Source of the DNA: an uncultured Pelobacter sp.
Lineage (GTDB): Bacteria; Desulfobacterota; Desulfuromonadia; Geobacterales; Pseudopelobacteraceae
Reading direction: 5' to 3'
NCBI GenBank assembly: GCA_964601865.1
Contig: CAZRPI010000001.1
Span: 4,625-68,624 of the forward strand
DNA length: 64,000 nucleotides
Shown: positions 37,348-47,021 of the stretch, piece by piece
Layout: every line of letters starts with the position of its first letter
Position numbering within the stretch: position 1 is the stretch's first letter
Notes under the pieces: generated by a model
The model's input: the letters and a program-made list of their open reading frames with translations, nothing else
The model's database searches: none
Told to the model about the DNA's origin: nothing
Program-made: the position numbers and the translations under genes

Positions 37348-38346
37348 ATGAAGTTCCATTTCATTACCATTGTCTGGGGACACGAGTTCGTAGACTTTTT
37401 TCTGTGGGTTACCCTTCAAAACCAACTCTCAGCAGGCAATTTGCCGGCATTTGCAGGCACCGATGCCACCTATAAAATTTACACCGATGAGCAGGATGCG
37501 AAAACGATACGAGCCTCAGAAAGCTTCCACCGCCTCAGCAGACTTTTGAAAACGGATATAATAACCATTGATCACCTGCAGCATTCAAACAAGTATGTCC
37601 GCATGACTTTTTGCCATAAATGGGCGCTGCACGATGCCTATCAGGCTAACGCGAAAATTGTGCTGCTTCCATCTGATGTCATTTATTCAAAGAATTCATT
37701 TGCCCATCTCCTGAGTGTCGCACTGCTCGACAAACCAGTAATCATGATGGCCGCGCCTCGAATTCTCAGAGAAAGCTTTATTCCTGAACTCGCGAACCTG
37801 TTTTTTTCTCAATCGGACAGAACCATCGCCGCCAATTCTCGTGAGCTACTGAGATTAGCAATGCACCATCTGCATCCCGTAGCAACCTCTTTCTTTCATA
37901 ACACTGAGAATGCTTCAACGTGGCCGTCACAACTGTTTTTCGAGGTGCCCCACAATGGTTTCATAGCTCATTGCTTCCACTTGCATCCCCTACTGATTAC
38001 ACCACGACAGGATGGCAACGACTTTAATATCACCATTGACGCAGACTATCTGTTGAAGTCCTACCCAGATGCAAATCAAATCCATATTATTGATGATTCT
38101 GACGATTTCCTTGCCGTTGAGCCCTGTCCTTCAGAATATGGTCCGACTCTATCCAATGCTCCGTATAACCTGTTTTCCATTTGTCAATGGGCATCTAGCC
38201 ATGCTGATGCACACCATCTCAATTTTGTAAGACACCCCATAAGGTATCATTATACCGACATAGATTCCAAGTGGCGTACGACGGAGAAACTGGCAATGTT
38301 GTTTGTTGATACTATCCTAAAATATACTACCGGTAAACAATACTGA
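37348..38346 (+). CDS. hypothetical protein (no recognisable motif; AT-rich)
   Basis: Uninterrupted 332-aa ORF packed tightly in the operon (21-nt gap upstream, 7-nt gap downstream). Begins MKFHFITIVWGHEFVDFF. Confidence 0.6.
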   Translation: MKFHFITIVWGHEFVDFFLWVTLQNQLSAGNLPAFAGTDATYKIYTDEQDAKTIRASESFHRLSRLLKTDIITIDHLQHSNKYVRMTFCHKWALHDAYQANAKIVLLPSDVIYSKNSFAHLLSVALLDKPVIMMAAPRILRESFIPELANLFFSQSDRTIAANSRELLRLAMHHLHPVATSFFHNTENASTWPSQLFFEVPHNGFIAHCFHLHPLLITPRQDGNDFNITIDADYLLKSYPDANQIHIIDDSDDFLAVEPCPSEYGPTLSNAPYNLFSICQWASSHADAHHLNFVRHPIRYHYTDIDSKWRTTEKLAMLFVDTILKYTTGKQY

Positions 38347-38353
38347 TAACGCC

Positions 38354-39451
38354 ATGCCGATTTTTATCAACTCACTCGATGACATAGTTGAAAATTCAGC
38401 CATTTATCTCTATGGAATTGGAGAGGGTTGTTATTCGTTTATAGACTTGTTAACGTGCAACAGACCAGATATCAATATCATCGCACTCATTGATGACAAC
38501 AAAACATCTTCATTTACTACATTTCCTGTTATAAGACCAGAAGACATAACTGATGGTAATCACTGTACCGTTTTCATAACATCTGCTTACTGGGTTGATA
38601 TTTATAAAAAACTCGATTCTATCCATATCAGAAATTACGCTGTAATCAATCCGTCTCTTTTATACCCTCATATGATCATGACTGAACCCGAATCTGACTC
38701 GTGGTCAAATCATTTTGAAGCCGTGTGCAAGCTGCTCACGACCAATGAACAACAACGCCTCTACAGACTAATCAAGAACAGCAGATCTATTTTTCCGGAT
38801 ATGCAGGAAGAACTGCATGCCTATTACAAGAGCCATCAAGACCACGAAAAAGAATACCTTGAATTCATCAACCCTATCAGTTTTTCAACGATTATTGAGG
38901 GGGGGGTCTTTGACGGATATAACACCCTTGAATTCCTAAAATTCCTGAAGCCCCCTGGTTGCATCTATGGTTTCGAACCCAACATGGACACAACAACTAA
39001 CCGTAGATTATCAGCAGAATTATTCAACAGCACAAAATTCAAGCTGTACCCATATGCCCTGTGGAATCAACGGACCATGTTGAAATTCTACAAAAACAGT
39101 CAGAACCTGCCTGGCGCAAGAATAGTACTTGAAAGTTCTAGTCTCAAAGAAGTGACGGAAGTGCCGGCAATTTCCATCGATGAGTTTGTTTACGAGAATA
39201 GGATTCCCAAAATAGACTATATCAAGCTTGATGTTGAAGGAGCCGAACTGGACGTGCTACAAGGTGCGATCAATGTGATGCAACGGGATCGCCCACAACT
39301 GGCAATATGCATCTACCACAGGAAAGAACATCTGTTCCAGATACCACTCTTTCTTGACTCTGTACTACATAATTACTGTTATTTTGTCGGGCATTATTCA
39401 CCAACTCTCTGGGATACCGTCTGGTATGCTATACCTGAAGAATTGTCGTAA
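38354..39451 (+). CDS. FkbM-family methyltransferase with N-terminal Rossmann-like extension
   Basis: The C-terminal half has IIEGGVFDGYNTLEF... and IDYIKLDVEGAELDVLQGA...RPQLAICIYHRKEH, typical of FkbM. Confidence 0.85.
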   Translation: MPIFINSLDDIVENSAIYLYGIGEGCYSFIDLLTCNRPDINIIALIDDNKTSSFTTFPVIRPEDITDGNHCTVFITSAYWVDIYKKLDSIHIRNYAVINPSLLYPHMIMTEPESDSWSNHFEAVCKLLTTNEQQRLYRLIKNSRSIFPDMQEELHAYYKSHQDHEKEYLEFINPISFSTIIEGGVFDGYNTLEFLKFLKPPGCIYGFEPNMDTTTNRRLSAELFNSTKFKLYPYALWNQRTMLKFYKNSQNLPGARIVLESSSLKEVTEVPAISIDEFVYENRIPKIDYIKLDVEGAELDVLQGAINVMQRDRPQLAICIYHRKEHLFQIPLFLDSVLHNYCYFVGHYSPTLWDTVWYAIPEELS

Positions 39452-39615
39452 TATTTAGAAACATATTCGCTGGCAGCAAGCTGTTGCCGGACTTTTGGCC
39501 GGTCTTTCATCACAGTATTTTTCACAATCATCGGATATAAAACACTTGAGCGGCAGGGTCAAGCCAGCCATATCAATGTCATTTCAACAACCAAAGAATT
39601 CAAACACAATATCTT

Positions 39616-40989
39616 ATGAACAATACATCAGTTTTTTCTGACAAGCTCAATAAGATTGGGCGCCTATTATTTCACAAAGGCAGTTATTTGGATGCAGGGG
39701 AATTTTTTCGACAGGCCACGCTGGAAAATCCGAACGACGCGTCATCCTACGCTTTTTTGGGGACAATCCATTGGCAGCAGGGACGAATAAAGGAAGCCGT
39801 TGCATACTTTGAAAGTGCTATCAAGCTAGCTGCAGACGACAAAGAAATAAATCAGATGGTTGCTGATTTTTTGGCGGCGAACAAAAATGATGGAGATGTA
39901 TCAAGATTACAGTATGTACACGTAAGGACCATACAAAAACCGCCCCAAGCAATGCAAACAAAAAAATTGCTGGCAGTTTATGATTTATCTGTTCAACCTT
40001 ATAGTATTGGTGATCTGCTAGCTTTTCAGGCAGGAACGCTCGTAAAATGTTCTCAATACGGGTTGGATAAAGTGGATTTCTGTTTTATCAGCGATCCAAA
40101 CCGTATACCTCTTGAACCTATTTTTTCAAAAATGATGTGTGAAAACAACCATCTATACAATCTTTTTACCATAATTCCAATATTACAACTAAACTCATCA
40201 ATTAGTTCGATATATATTTTAGATTCATATCAGGATCTACATTATCTCTTACATGAAAAACAGATGCAATACGAGGTCTGGCCGTCATTGCCTCAAATAG
40301 AGGCAAATATTTATATCTATTATGAAATAATACAACTACTAGACCAGTACTTTTGTAATTATAACTGTTTACCACGCCTTGCCCTTCCAGGCGCTCTCAT
40401 TGAATGGTATTCCAGATTTATTACGAGTAACATTGCCCCCATGATTCCTATAACAGTCAATCTTCGCAACAACCCCAATTTCCATGTCGAAAGAAATTCG
40501 AATATTTCGGCGTGGATTGAATTGTTTAAATATTGTAGTAACCGTTATCCCGTCAAATTTATCGTTGTCTGCAGCCTTTCTGAAGTTGTTCATGAACTTC
40601 GCAGTTGTACAAATGTTGTAATTGCAAAAGATTCATACACTTCATTAGAAAACGACTTGGCCTTGATCATGTTGTCAGCTTTTCACCTTGGTGCAGCATC
40701 TGGCCCCTCAACAATCCCGATACTTTCCGACAAACCGTACTGCATTCTGAATTGTGGTAATATTATTAATTCATTGTCTCTTTACGGCAAATCACTGATT
40801 CGGATCTCAGAGCAAGTTGCCAAATTTTCCTTTGCCAATGAACTTCAACGCATCATTCTTGTACCTGAGAGCTTAAACATTTTGATATATGAATTTGAAA
40901 AAATCTGGCGTTCTCGGGATTGGATCGACTGGTCGCCAACGTCAGTTTCACCCGGCGAGTCTCAAAACAGCCTGATCTGGTTAAAGTAA
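39616..40989 (+). CDS. TPR-repeat protein with uncharacterised C-terminal domain (possibly GT-B-like)
   Basis: N-terminal TPRs (GSYLDAGEFFRQA..NPNDASSYAFLGTIHWQQGRIKEAVAYFESAIKL). The C-terminal ~330 aa end with a pattern resembling the GT9 C-lobe (DLALIMLSAFHLGAASGPSTI). The gene is very AT-rich. Confidence 0.6.
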   Translation: MNNTSVFSDKLNKIGRLLFHKGSYLDAGEFFRQATLENPNDASSYAFLGTIHWQQGRIKEAVAYFESAIKLAADDKEINQMVADFLAANKNDGDVSRLQYVHVRTIQKPPQAMQTKKLLAVYDLSVQPYSIGDLLAFQAGTLVKCSQYGLDKVDFCFISDPNRIPLEPIFSKMMCENNHLYNLFTIIPILQLNSSISSIYILDSYQDLHYLLHEKQMQYEVWPSLPQIEANIYIYYEIIQLLDQYFCNYNCLPRLALPGALIEWYSRFITSNIAPMIPITVNLRNNPNFHVERNSNISAWIELFKYCSNRYPVKFIVVCSLSEVVHELRSCTNVVIAKDSYTSLENDLALIMLSAFHLGAASGPSTIPILSDKPYCILNCGNIINSLSLYGKSLIRISEQVAKFSFANELQRIILVPESLNILIYEFEKIWRSRDWIDWSPTSVSPGESQNSLIWLK

Positions 40990-41040
40990 AAACAAGAAAC
41001 CACCAGATTTAACAGCAACTCCGCACAGGGAACTACTGCA

Positions 41041-42036
41041 ATGACCGCAAATGAAATTGCACAAAACCTCGCCGAAATGCTCCGGCAACTAAACCCCAGG
41101 GAAATGGAAAAGTTCTTTTCCTGTCTGGCACCCCTCATTGCCTATATGGCAAAGACCGGGAGTGGCACCGACGCCTGCCTGGAGCAGGACTGCTTGCCTT
41201 TGCAGGTCCATTACTACTCGCCAATACCGGACATCAGCGACCTCAAAAAACGGGGAATCTACGAACGCATAAGCAATCTCGGCGGCATTGACTGGGACCT
41301 GAATCGACAAAGCGAAATGCTTCTCTATTTGGGGCGTCGGTTTGGCAAGGAATGCAACTGGCCGGCCCATCCGACCGCCAACCCGGATGAATTCTACACC
41401 GAGAACAACAGTTTTTCCTTCGGTTGCGCTGCGGCCCTGCATTGCCTGCTGCGCTTATCCCAACCAAAACACGTTATTGAAATCGGGTCCGGGTTTTCGT
41501 CCAGGATCATTAATGCCGCTGTTCTGCAAAACAAACAGGAGCGGGGCACCCCCTGTGAATACACCATTGTCGACCCTTATCCGGATGAAGCGCGCCTAGA
41601 AAAACTTGCGGGCATAAGCAATGTCCGCAAGCAGCGCGTTGAGACACTGCCCCTATCCTTTTTCAACTCCTTGAAAGACGGGGATATACTTTTTGTTGAT
41701 TCGGGTCATGCGGTTAAAACCGGTGGTGATGTCAACTTTCTTATTCTTGATGTGCTGCCCAGGCTAGCCCCCGGCGTTATTATCCATTTTCATGACATCC
41801 CGATGCCGTATGAATATACCGAAGTGTATCACACCAAACCTTCATTCAGGGTCTTCTGGACCGAATCATATCTGTTGCAGGCTTTTTTGGTCTTCAATTA
41901 TGAGTTCGATATCCTCTTTTCGATGGCAGCGATCACAGCCCAAAGACCTGAAGTTCTGAGAACCGCTTTCCCTATGTTTGAGCCATTACGCCATATTCTC
42001 GGCAGCAGCAGCATCTGGTTGCGTAGAAAGAAGTAA
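41041..42036 (+). CDS. class I SAM-dependent methyltransferase (Methyltransf_24-like)
   Basis: Contains VIEIGSGFSSRII..., DILFVDSGHAVKTGGDVNFL and GVIIHFHDI. Confidence 0.75.
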   Translation: MTANEIAQNLAEMLRQLNPREMEKFFSCLAPLIAYMAKTGSGTDACLEQDCLPLQVHYYSPIPDISDLKKRGIYERISNLGGIDWDLNRQSEMLLYLGRRFGKECNWPAHPTANPDEFYTENNSFSFGCAAALHCLLRLSQPKHVIEIGSGFSSRIINAAVLQNKQERGTPCEYTIVDPYPDEARLEKLAGISNVRKQRVETLPLSFFNSLKDGDILFVDSGHAVKTGGDVNFLILDVLPRLAPGVIIHFHDIPMPYEYTEVYHTKPSFRVFWTESYLLQAFLVFNYEFDILFSMAAITAQRPEVLRTAFPMFEPLRHILGSSSIWLRRKK

Positions 42037-42041
42037 TCAAC

Positions 42042-45000
42042 ATGGCTATTTCACCACCAGTTTTCTCCGTAATCGTTCCCACCTACAACCAGGCCAATTT
42101 TCTCCCGGCAGCGCTGGACAGCCTCCTTGCCCAGACCTATTCCAACTGGGAAGCGGTAATCGTCAATGACGGTTCAAGCGATGACACTCCCCGGGTCATG
42201 GAAGACTATGCCGCCCGGGATTCGCGTTTCATACTCGTTCACAAGCCGAACGGTGGCGTTGCCAGCGCCCTGAACGCGGGGCTTCGGCACGCACGTGGCG
42301 AGTGGATCTGCTGGCTTTCTTCCGATGATCTGTTTGAGCCGGACAAGCTCGCCATCCATCGCCAGGCCATCCTGGAAAATCCCCGCATCCGTTTTTTCTA
42401 CAGCCATTTCTACTACCTGAATGACGCAACCGGAGAAAAAACGGCATCCGGCCTCTGGCAACCGATTCCCGAACCGGCCTTCCAGGTTTCCCGTTTCTTT
42501 GTGTCACCCTATATCCATGGCAACAGTATTGCCGTACACCGCACGGCATTCGACAAGGTCGGCCACTTTGATGAGCAGAACCGGTGTGGCCAGGATTTCG
42601 ACATGTGGTTGCGGATCAGCGCCCAATTCGAGTCAAGATTTGTTGACAGTCGAACATGCGTCACCCGTTTTCACGAGGGACAGTCGGGCAACGTTTTCCC
42701 CGAAGCGGGTTTCTTCGACTCGTCGCGGGCCTGCGCCCTGTTTCTGAATGCCAACGACTTTTCTGGAATCTTCCCTCTTCTTGATCTGACAAGCATTGAC
42801 AATGCGCTCCTGGCTGTCCAGGAAATCCTGACTATCGCCTTCGACGGCGATGCACTCATCTACAAATGCTCCCCCACCCCGGCGTTACTGGAACGCCTCA
42901 GGGAATGGCTCGTCAAGCCGGAAAACCTACCTGTCCGGAACGCCATTACCCCATGGCTTCACCGCACGTACGACAGCATTACAACCTCGAATCTGCCTGA
43001 TTCCATCAAACAGGCAACGGCAAACCTGCTGAGAAATGACCGTTTCACCTATTCTTCCCACGATTTCATGGCGGAAACCGCCCTGTACGCCGAATGGCTG
43101 AGAAAGGCAGGAAAAAGGGGCGAAGCCGAAAAACTGGAACGCTACCTCGCCGAAACAACAAAACAGAAAAAAGACGGAAAACTGCGGATCACCGTCATCA
43201 CGCCAGGCACCGACCTGTCAGGAGGCGTCAAGGTAATTTTCGAGTACTGTAATCGTCTTGCCAAGCGGGGCCATACCATAAATCTGGCAACCATGTGTGG
43301 TGACTATCCAGGTTGGTTCAGGCTTGAGCCGACAGTAAATTTTATCAAGAGTGATTATGATCCGCAGCGCCTCATCAATGATCTGCCGGAAGCGGATGTG
43401 GTGATTGCCACGCTCTGGCTGACCGCGTACGCAGTGAACAACCTGCCGCCAGACAAGGGAGCCAAATACTATCTGGTGCAGAGTTATGAGTCGGAAACCC
43501 TGACAACGCCGGAATACGCCGATCCCACATACAAGCTTCCCCTCAGGAAGCTGGCGGTTTCCTCATGGCTGGCGCAACTCATGAGAGACCGCTTTGACGA
43601 AGAAGCGGTATTGATCAGGAACGCCTATGATTCGGAGATCTTTTATCCTGAATCTCTAATACGTCGAGATTACCCGGGCGATCAGATCCGCGTCGGCATG
43701 CTGTACTATCCGGAAGAGCGCAAGGGGGGGGCTGACGGGATAACGGCTTTTATGCTGGCCCGCGAAAAGCATCCCGACATGAAACTCATCCTCTTTGGCC
43801 ACCGCCCCACCATCCCAGTAACGTTTGACGAAATACACGAGAATATTTCCGGTGACGATGTCCGGCGATACTACAACTCGCTGGACCTGTTCATGTCCAC
43901 CAGTTGGCAGGAGGGGTTCGGACTGCCTGGCCTTGAGGCCATGGCATGCGGCATACCACTTGTTACGACCGACTCCGGTGGAGTCCGGGATTACGCCATA
44001 AATGGCGAAACCGCGCTAGTTACGCCTCCCCGCAACCCGGAAGCCATAGCGGACGCGCTCATTCGTCTGATCGACAACGGGAATCTGCGCGAACGCCTCC
44101 GTCAAAACGGACTGGCAAAAGCGGCCGAGTTTTCCTGGGACGCGTCGGTGACGGCCCTTGAAACAGTGCTGCTGGAAGAGCGAACGAAACCCGACTCATG
44201 CGGAATGCCGTTCGACGCTGACACAAACGTGCTCCGTGGTCGCCCTTCACCTTCGAAACCGATTAAAATCGCCGTTTTTTCCCTTGACGCAAAAGACCAC
44301 GCCTGCGGCCATTATCGCATCCAGGCTCCTTTCAGGGTACTTACCTGTGACGTGGAACTGTCCTGGGGAATCGAGTTCAGGGACAACACCTACCATGCCG
44401 TTCCCGGTGCGGCGGAAGCGGCTGACATCATCGTCGTGCAGCGTTTCTTCCCGCGACCGGAGACGGCGGAGGCCCTTGAGTATCTGTACTCTCTAGACAA
44501 ACCTTTAATCTTTGAAATCGATGATCTGATCATCCGGCTGCCCGAGACTAATCCTCACCGCAACTGGGGGGACCAGAGCGCGCCCCATATCCTGGAGCTT
44601 GTCCGTAAGTGTTCGGCAATAACCGTATCAACCGAGGAGTTGAAGAAATATTTTTCCCAGTACAACGCCACCGTCCACGTACTCCCCAACCTGCTTGACG
44701 AAGATCTCTGGCACAGGACCGTCCCTCCATCCGCGGGGCCGGTTGTCATAGGATACGCCGGCACCGCGACCCACGGCACCGATCTGGCCCTGCTGGAGGA
44801 TGTTCTTGGCCGGATTGCGTCACAGTACGAAAGCAGGGTCGCTTTTACGTTCATGGGGTGCGCGACCGAGAAGATTTCCCGGCTGCCCGGTTTCTCCTAT
44901 ATTCCCTTCGAAACGACCTTTGCGGCCTATGCCGGAAAACTGCAGGAAACACCCGTCGATATCATGCTGGTCCCCTTGGAGGACAACGAATTCAACCGCT

Positions 45001-47021
45001 GCAAGAGCAACGTCAAGTGGCTTGAATATTCGGCGTGCGGCATTGCCGGGATATACGCCGACCTGCCTCCGTACAATAGCTGCATAACGCAGGGAGAAAC
45101 CGGGATCCTGGTCGGAAACACGCCCCAGCAATGGTTCAGCGCCATTGACCTTCTGGTCAGGAATCCGGAACTGCGCCGCTCCATCGCCCGAAAAGCCCGC
45201 CAGAAGGTGATGTCGGACTGCACGCTCAAATCCGGGGCGCAGCGCTGGCTTGAGGTTTACCGGGACATTGCGGCAAAGGCTGGCGACAAACGGGACACCG
45301 CCCCAGCCGCGAAGCGTTCCGCCAGAGTGTCCATCATCATCCCGGCCTTCAACCAGCTCCCCTTTACCAGGCAGTGCCTTGATGGGCTCTTCGCCACGCT
45401 GCCCGACACCACTCCCTGTGAAATCATCGTGGTGGACAACGGCTCCACCGACGGAACCCCGGAGTATCTGCGCAACATGGCCGACCGGGTGACAACGGTT
45501 AGCAACCGTGAGAACCTGGGATTCGCCAGGGCATGCAACCAGGGTGCCCGGACCGCATCCGGCGACATACTGCTGTTTCTCAACAACGATACCATACCCA
45601 GGCCGGCGTGGCTCGAGGCGCTGCTTTCCCCCATCGACGGCAACGAGGCCGACATCTGCGGCGCACGCCTGCTCTACCCGGATGGCCGCTGCCAGCACGC
45701 CGGCATCGCCTTTGACGAACGGGGCCTGGGCTATCATATCTTCTGTGGTTTCCCCGGCGATGCGGCGCCGGTGGTTGAGCGCCGCCGGATGCAGGCCGTA
45801 ACCGGAGCCTGCATGGCCATACGAAAGAGCCTGTTTCATGAGCTGGGAGGATTCGACGAAGGGTTCCTCAACGGCTTCGAGGACGTGGATCTCTGCCTGC
45901 GGGCAGGAGAAGGGGGCCGACGCATTCTGTTTGTTCCCGAAAGCGTTCTGGTACACCACACCGAACGGAGCAGCGGACGCAAAGACCATGAGATTGAAAA
46001 CCTGCAGCGATTCTTCTCGCGCTGGCTGGACAGGATACGCCAGGACGACACCCCCCTCTACGCCCGTTTCGGCCTGGAAAGCCGCAGGGAACCGGATGGA
46101 AGCCTGAAGGTATACCCGGTCGACGGGAATGTGCCTCCGGTTTCCATCATCATTCCGTTATACAGCAGAGTCGAACTGACGCGGGCCTGTCTGCTAGCCC
46201 TGGAACGCTCTACTGACAGAGGCTGTTATGAACTGGTTCTGGTCGATAACGGTTCCAGTGATGGCACCAGCAATCTGCTGCGGGAATGGGAGTCAAAGGC
46301 GGTCATCATCCGCAACCCCGAGAACCGAGGCTTCGCTGCCGCCTGCAACCAGGGGGCTCGGGCTGCCCGGGGGAAATACCTGCTGTTCCTGAACAATGAT
46401 ACCGAGGTAACCGACGGCTGGCTCAAATCGCTGACAGCCATCCTGGACGATGATCCAACGGTAGCTGCCGTGGGCGCCAAACTCCTGTTTCCCGACGGCA
46501 CAGTCCAGCACGCCGGTATCATGATAGTCGATGACAGAGCAAAAGGAGATCCGCTGGTGGGGAGAAATCATCTTTCCAGTGTTCCCGGTGATCACCCTTA
46601 TGCCAACAAACTGATGCGCATGCAGGCGGTAACGGCGGCCTGTGTCCTGATACGGCGAACGGCATTCGAAGCGGTGGGAGGATTTGACGAGGGGTACTGG
46701 AATGGGTATGAGGATCTTGACCTCTGCTTCAGGTTCGGCGAACAGGAATGGAAAATCGTCTATCAACCGGCCAGCGTGATAATACATCACGAATCCAAAT
46801 CGGGACCCGAACGTTATCTGCGCGCCAAAGACAATATAAGGCGACTGCACGAGCGATGGCTTGGCAGGATAAGGCCCGACATGATCATCATGCCGGATAC
46901 GCGGGTAATCGAGGGCGCCGCTATGCTGGAAGGCCCAACCGGGACCTATGAGCCTCACACTGGTTCGCGGAGCCCCTTTCACCGAGCGTATCAGAACGCT
47001 CCAGCGGGTAAAACGGAATGA
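42042..47021 (+). CDS. 1659-aa penta-domain glycosyltransferase (GT2 - GT4 - GT-B-like - GT2 - GT2)
   Basis: Residues 6-215 hold FSVIVPTYNQ...VNDGSSDDT...SSDDLF. Residues 380-705 hold STSWQEGFGLPGLEAMACGIPLVTTDSGG. Residues 740-1075 are GT-B-like. Residues 1095-1335 hold VSIIIPAFNQ...VVDNGSTDGT...FLNNDT. Residues 1366-1610 hold VSIIIPLYSR...LVDNGSSDGT...FLNNDT. Confidence 0.9.
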   Translation: MAISPPVFSVIVPTYNQANFLPAALDSLLAQTYSNWEAVIVNDGSSDDTPRVMEDYAARDSRFILVHKPNGGVASALNAGLRHARGEWICWLSSDDLFEPDKLAIHRQAILENPRIRFFYSHFYYLNDATGEKTASGLWQPIPEPAFQVSRFFVSPYIHGNSIAVHRTAFDKVGHFDEQNRCGQDFDMWLRISAQFESRFVDSRTCVTRFHEGQSGNVFPEAGFFDSSRACALFLNANDFSGIFPLLDLTSIDNALLAVQEILTIAFDGDALIYKCSPTPALLERLREWLVKPENLPVRNAITPWLHRTYDSITTSNLPDSIKQATANLLRNDRFTYSSHDFMAETALYAEWLRKAGKRGEAEKLERYLAETTKQKKDGKLRITVITPGTDLSGGVKVIFEYCNRLAKRGHTINLATMCGDYPGWFRLEPTVNFIKSDYDPQRLINDLPEADVVIATLWLTAYAVNNLPPDKGAKYYLVQSYESETLTTPEYADPTYKLPLRKLAVSSWLAQLMRDRFDEEAVLIRNAYDSEIFYPESLIRRDYPGDQIRVGMLYYPEERKGGADGITAFMLAREKHPDMKLILFGHRPTIPVTFDEIHENISGDDVRRYYNSLDLFMSTSWQEGFGLPGLEAMACGIPLVTTDSGGVRDYAINGETALVTPPRNPEAIADALIRLIDNGNLRERLRQNGLAKAAEFSWDASVTALETVLLEERTKPDSCGMPFDADTNVLRGRPSPSKPIKIAVFSLDAKDHACGHYRIQAPFRVLTCDVELSWGIEFRDNTYHAVPGAAEAADIIVVQRFFPRPETAEALEYLYSLDKPLIFEIDDLIIRLPETNPHRNWGDQSAPHILELVRKCSAITVSTEELKKYFSQYNATVHVLPNLLDEDLWHRTVPPSAGPVVIGYAGTATHGTDLALLEDVLGRIASQYESRVAFTFMGCATEKISRLPGFSYIPFETTFAAYAGKLQETPVDIMLVPLEDNEFNRCKSNVKWLEYSACGIAGIYADLPPYNSCITQGETGILVGNTPQQWFSAIDLLVRNPELRRSIARKARQKVMSDCTLKSGAQRWLEVYRDIAAKAGDKRDTAPAAKRSARVSIIIPAFNQLPFTRQCLDGLFATLPDTTPCEIIVVDNGSTDGTPEYLRNMADRVTTVSNRENLGFARACNQGARTASGDILLFLNNDTIPRPAWLEALLSPIDGNEADICGARLLYPDGRCQHAGIAFDERGLGYHIFCGFPGDAAPVVERRRMQAVTGACMAIRKSLFHELGGFDEGFLNGFEDVDLCLRAGEGGRRILFVPESVLVHHTERSSGRKDHEIENLQRFFSRWLDRIRQDDTPLYARFGLESRREPDGSLKVYPVDGNVPPVSIIIPLYSRVELTRACLLALERSTDRGCYELVLVDNGSSDGTSNLLREWESKAVIIRNPENRGFAAACNQGARAARGKYLLFLNNDTEVTDGWLKSLTAILDDDPTVAAVGAKLLFPDGTVQHAGIMIVDDRAKGDPLVGRNHLSSVPGDHPYANKLMRMQAVTAACVLIRRTAFEAVGGFDEGYWNGYEDLDLCFRFGEQEWKIVYQPASVIIHHESKSGPERYLRAKDNIRRLHERWLGRIRPDMIIMPDTRVIEGAAMLEGPTGTYEPHTGSRSPFHRAYQNAPAGKTE

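Noticed and set aside
44820-45989. 389-aa minus-strand ORF. Similar shadow ORFs occur at 22053-22802, 26125-27024, 27251-28096, 35144-36037, 46293-47045, 46991-47692, 52774-53382, 59908-60825 and 60546-61226.
   Set aside because: All lie antisense or out of frame within long ORFs that carry strong family motifs. None has its own RBS or any recognisable domain.
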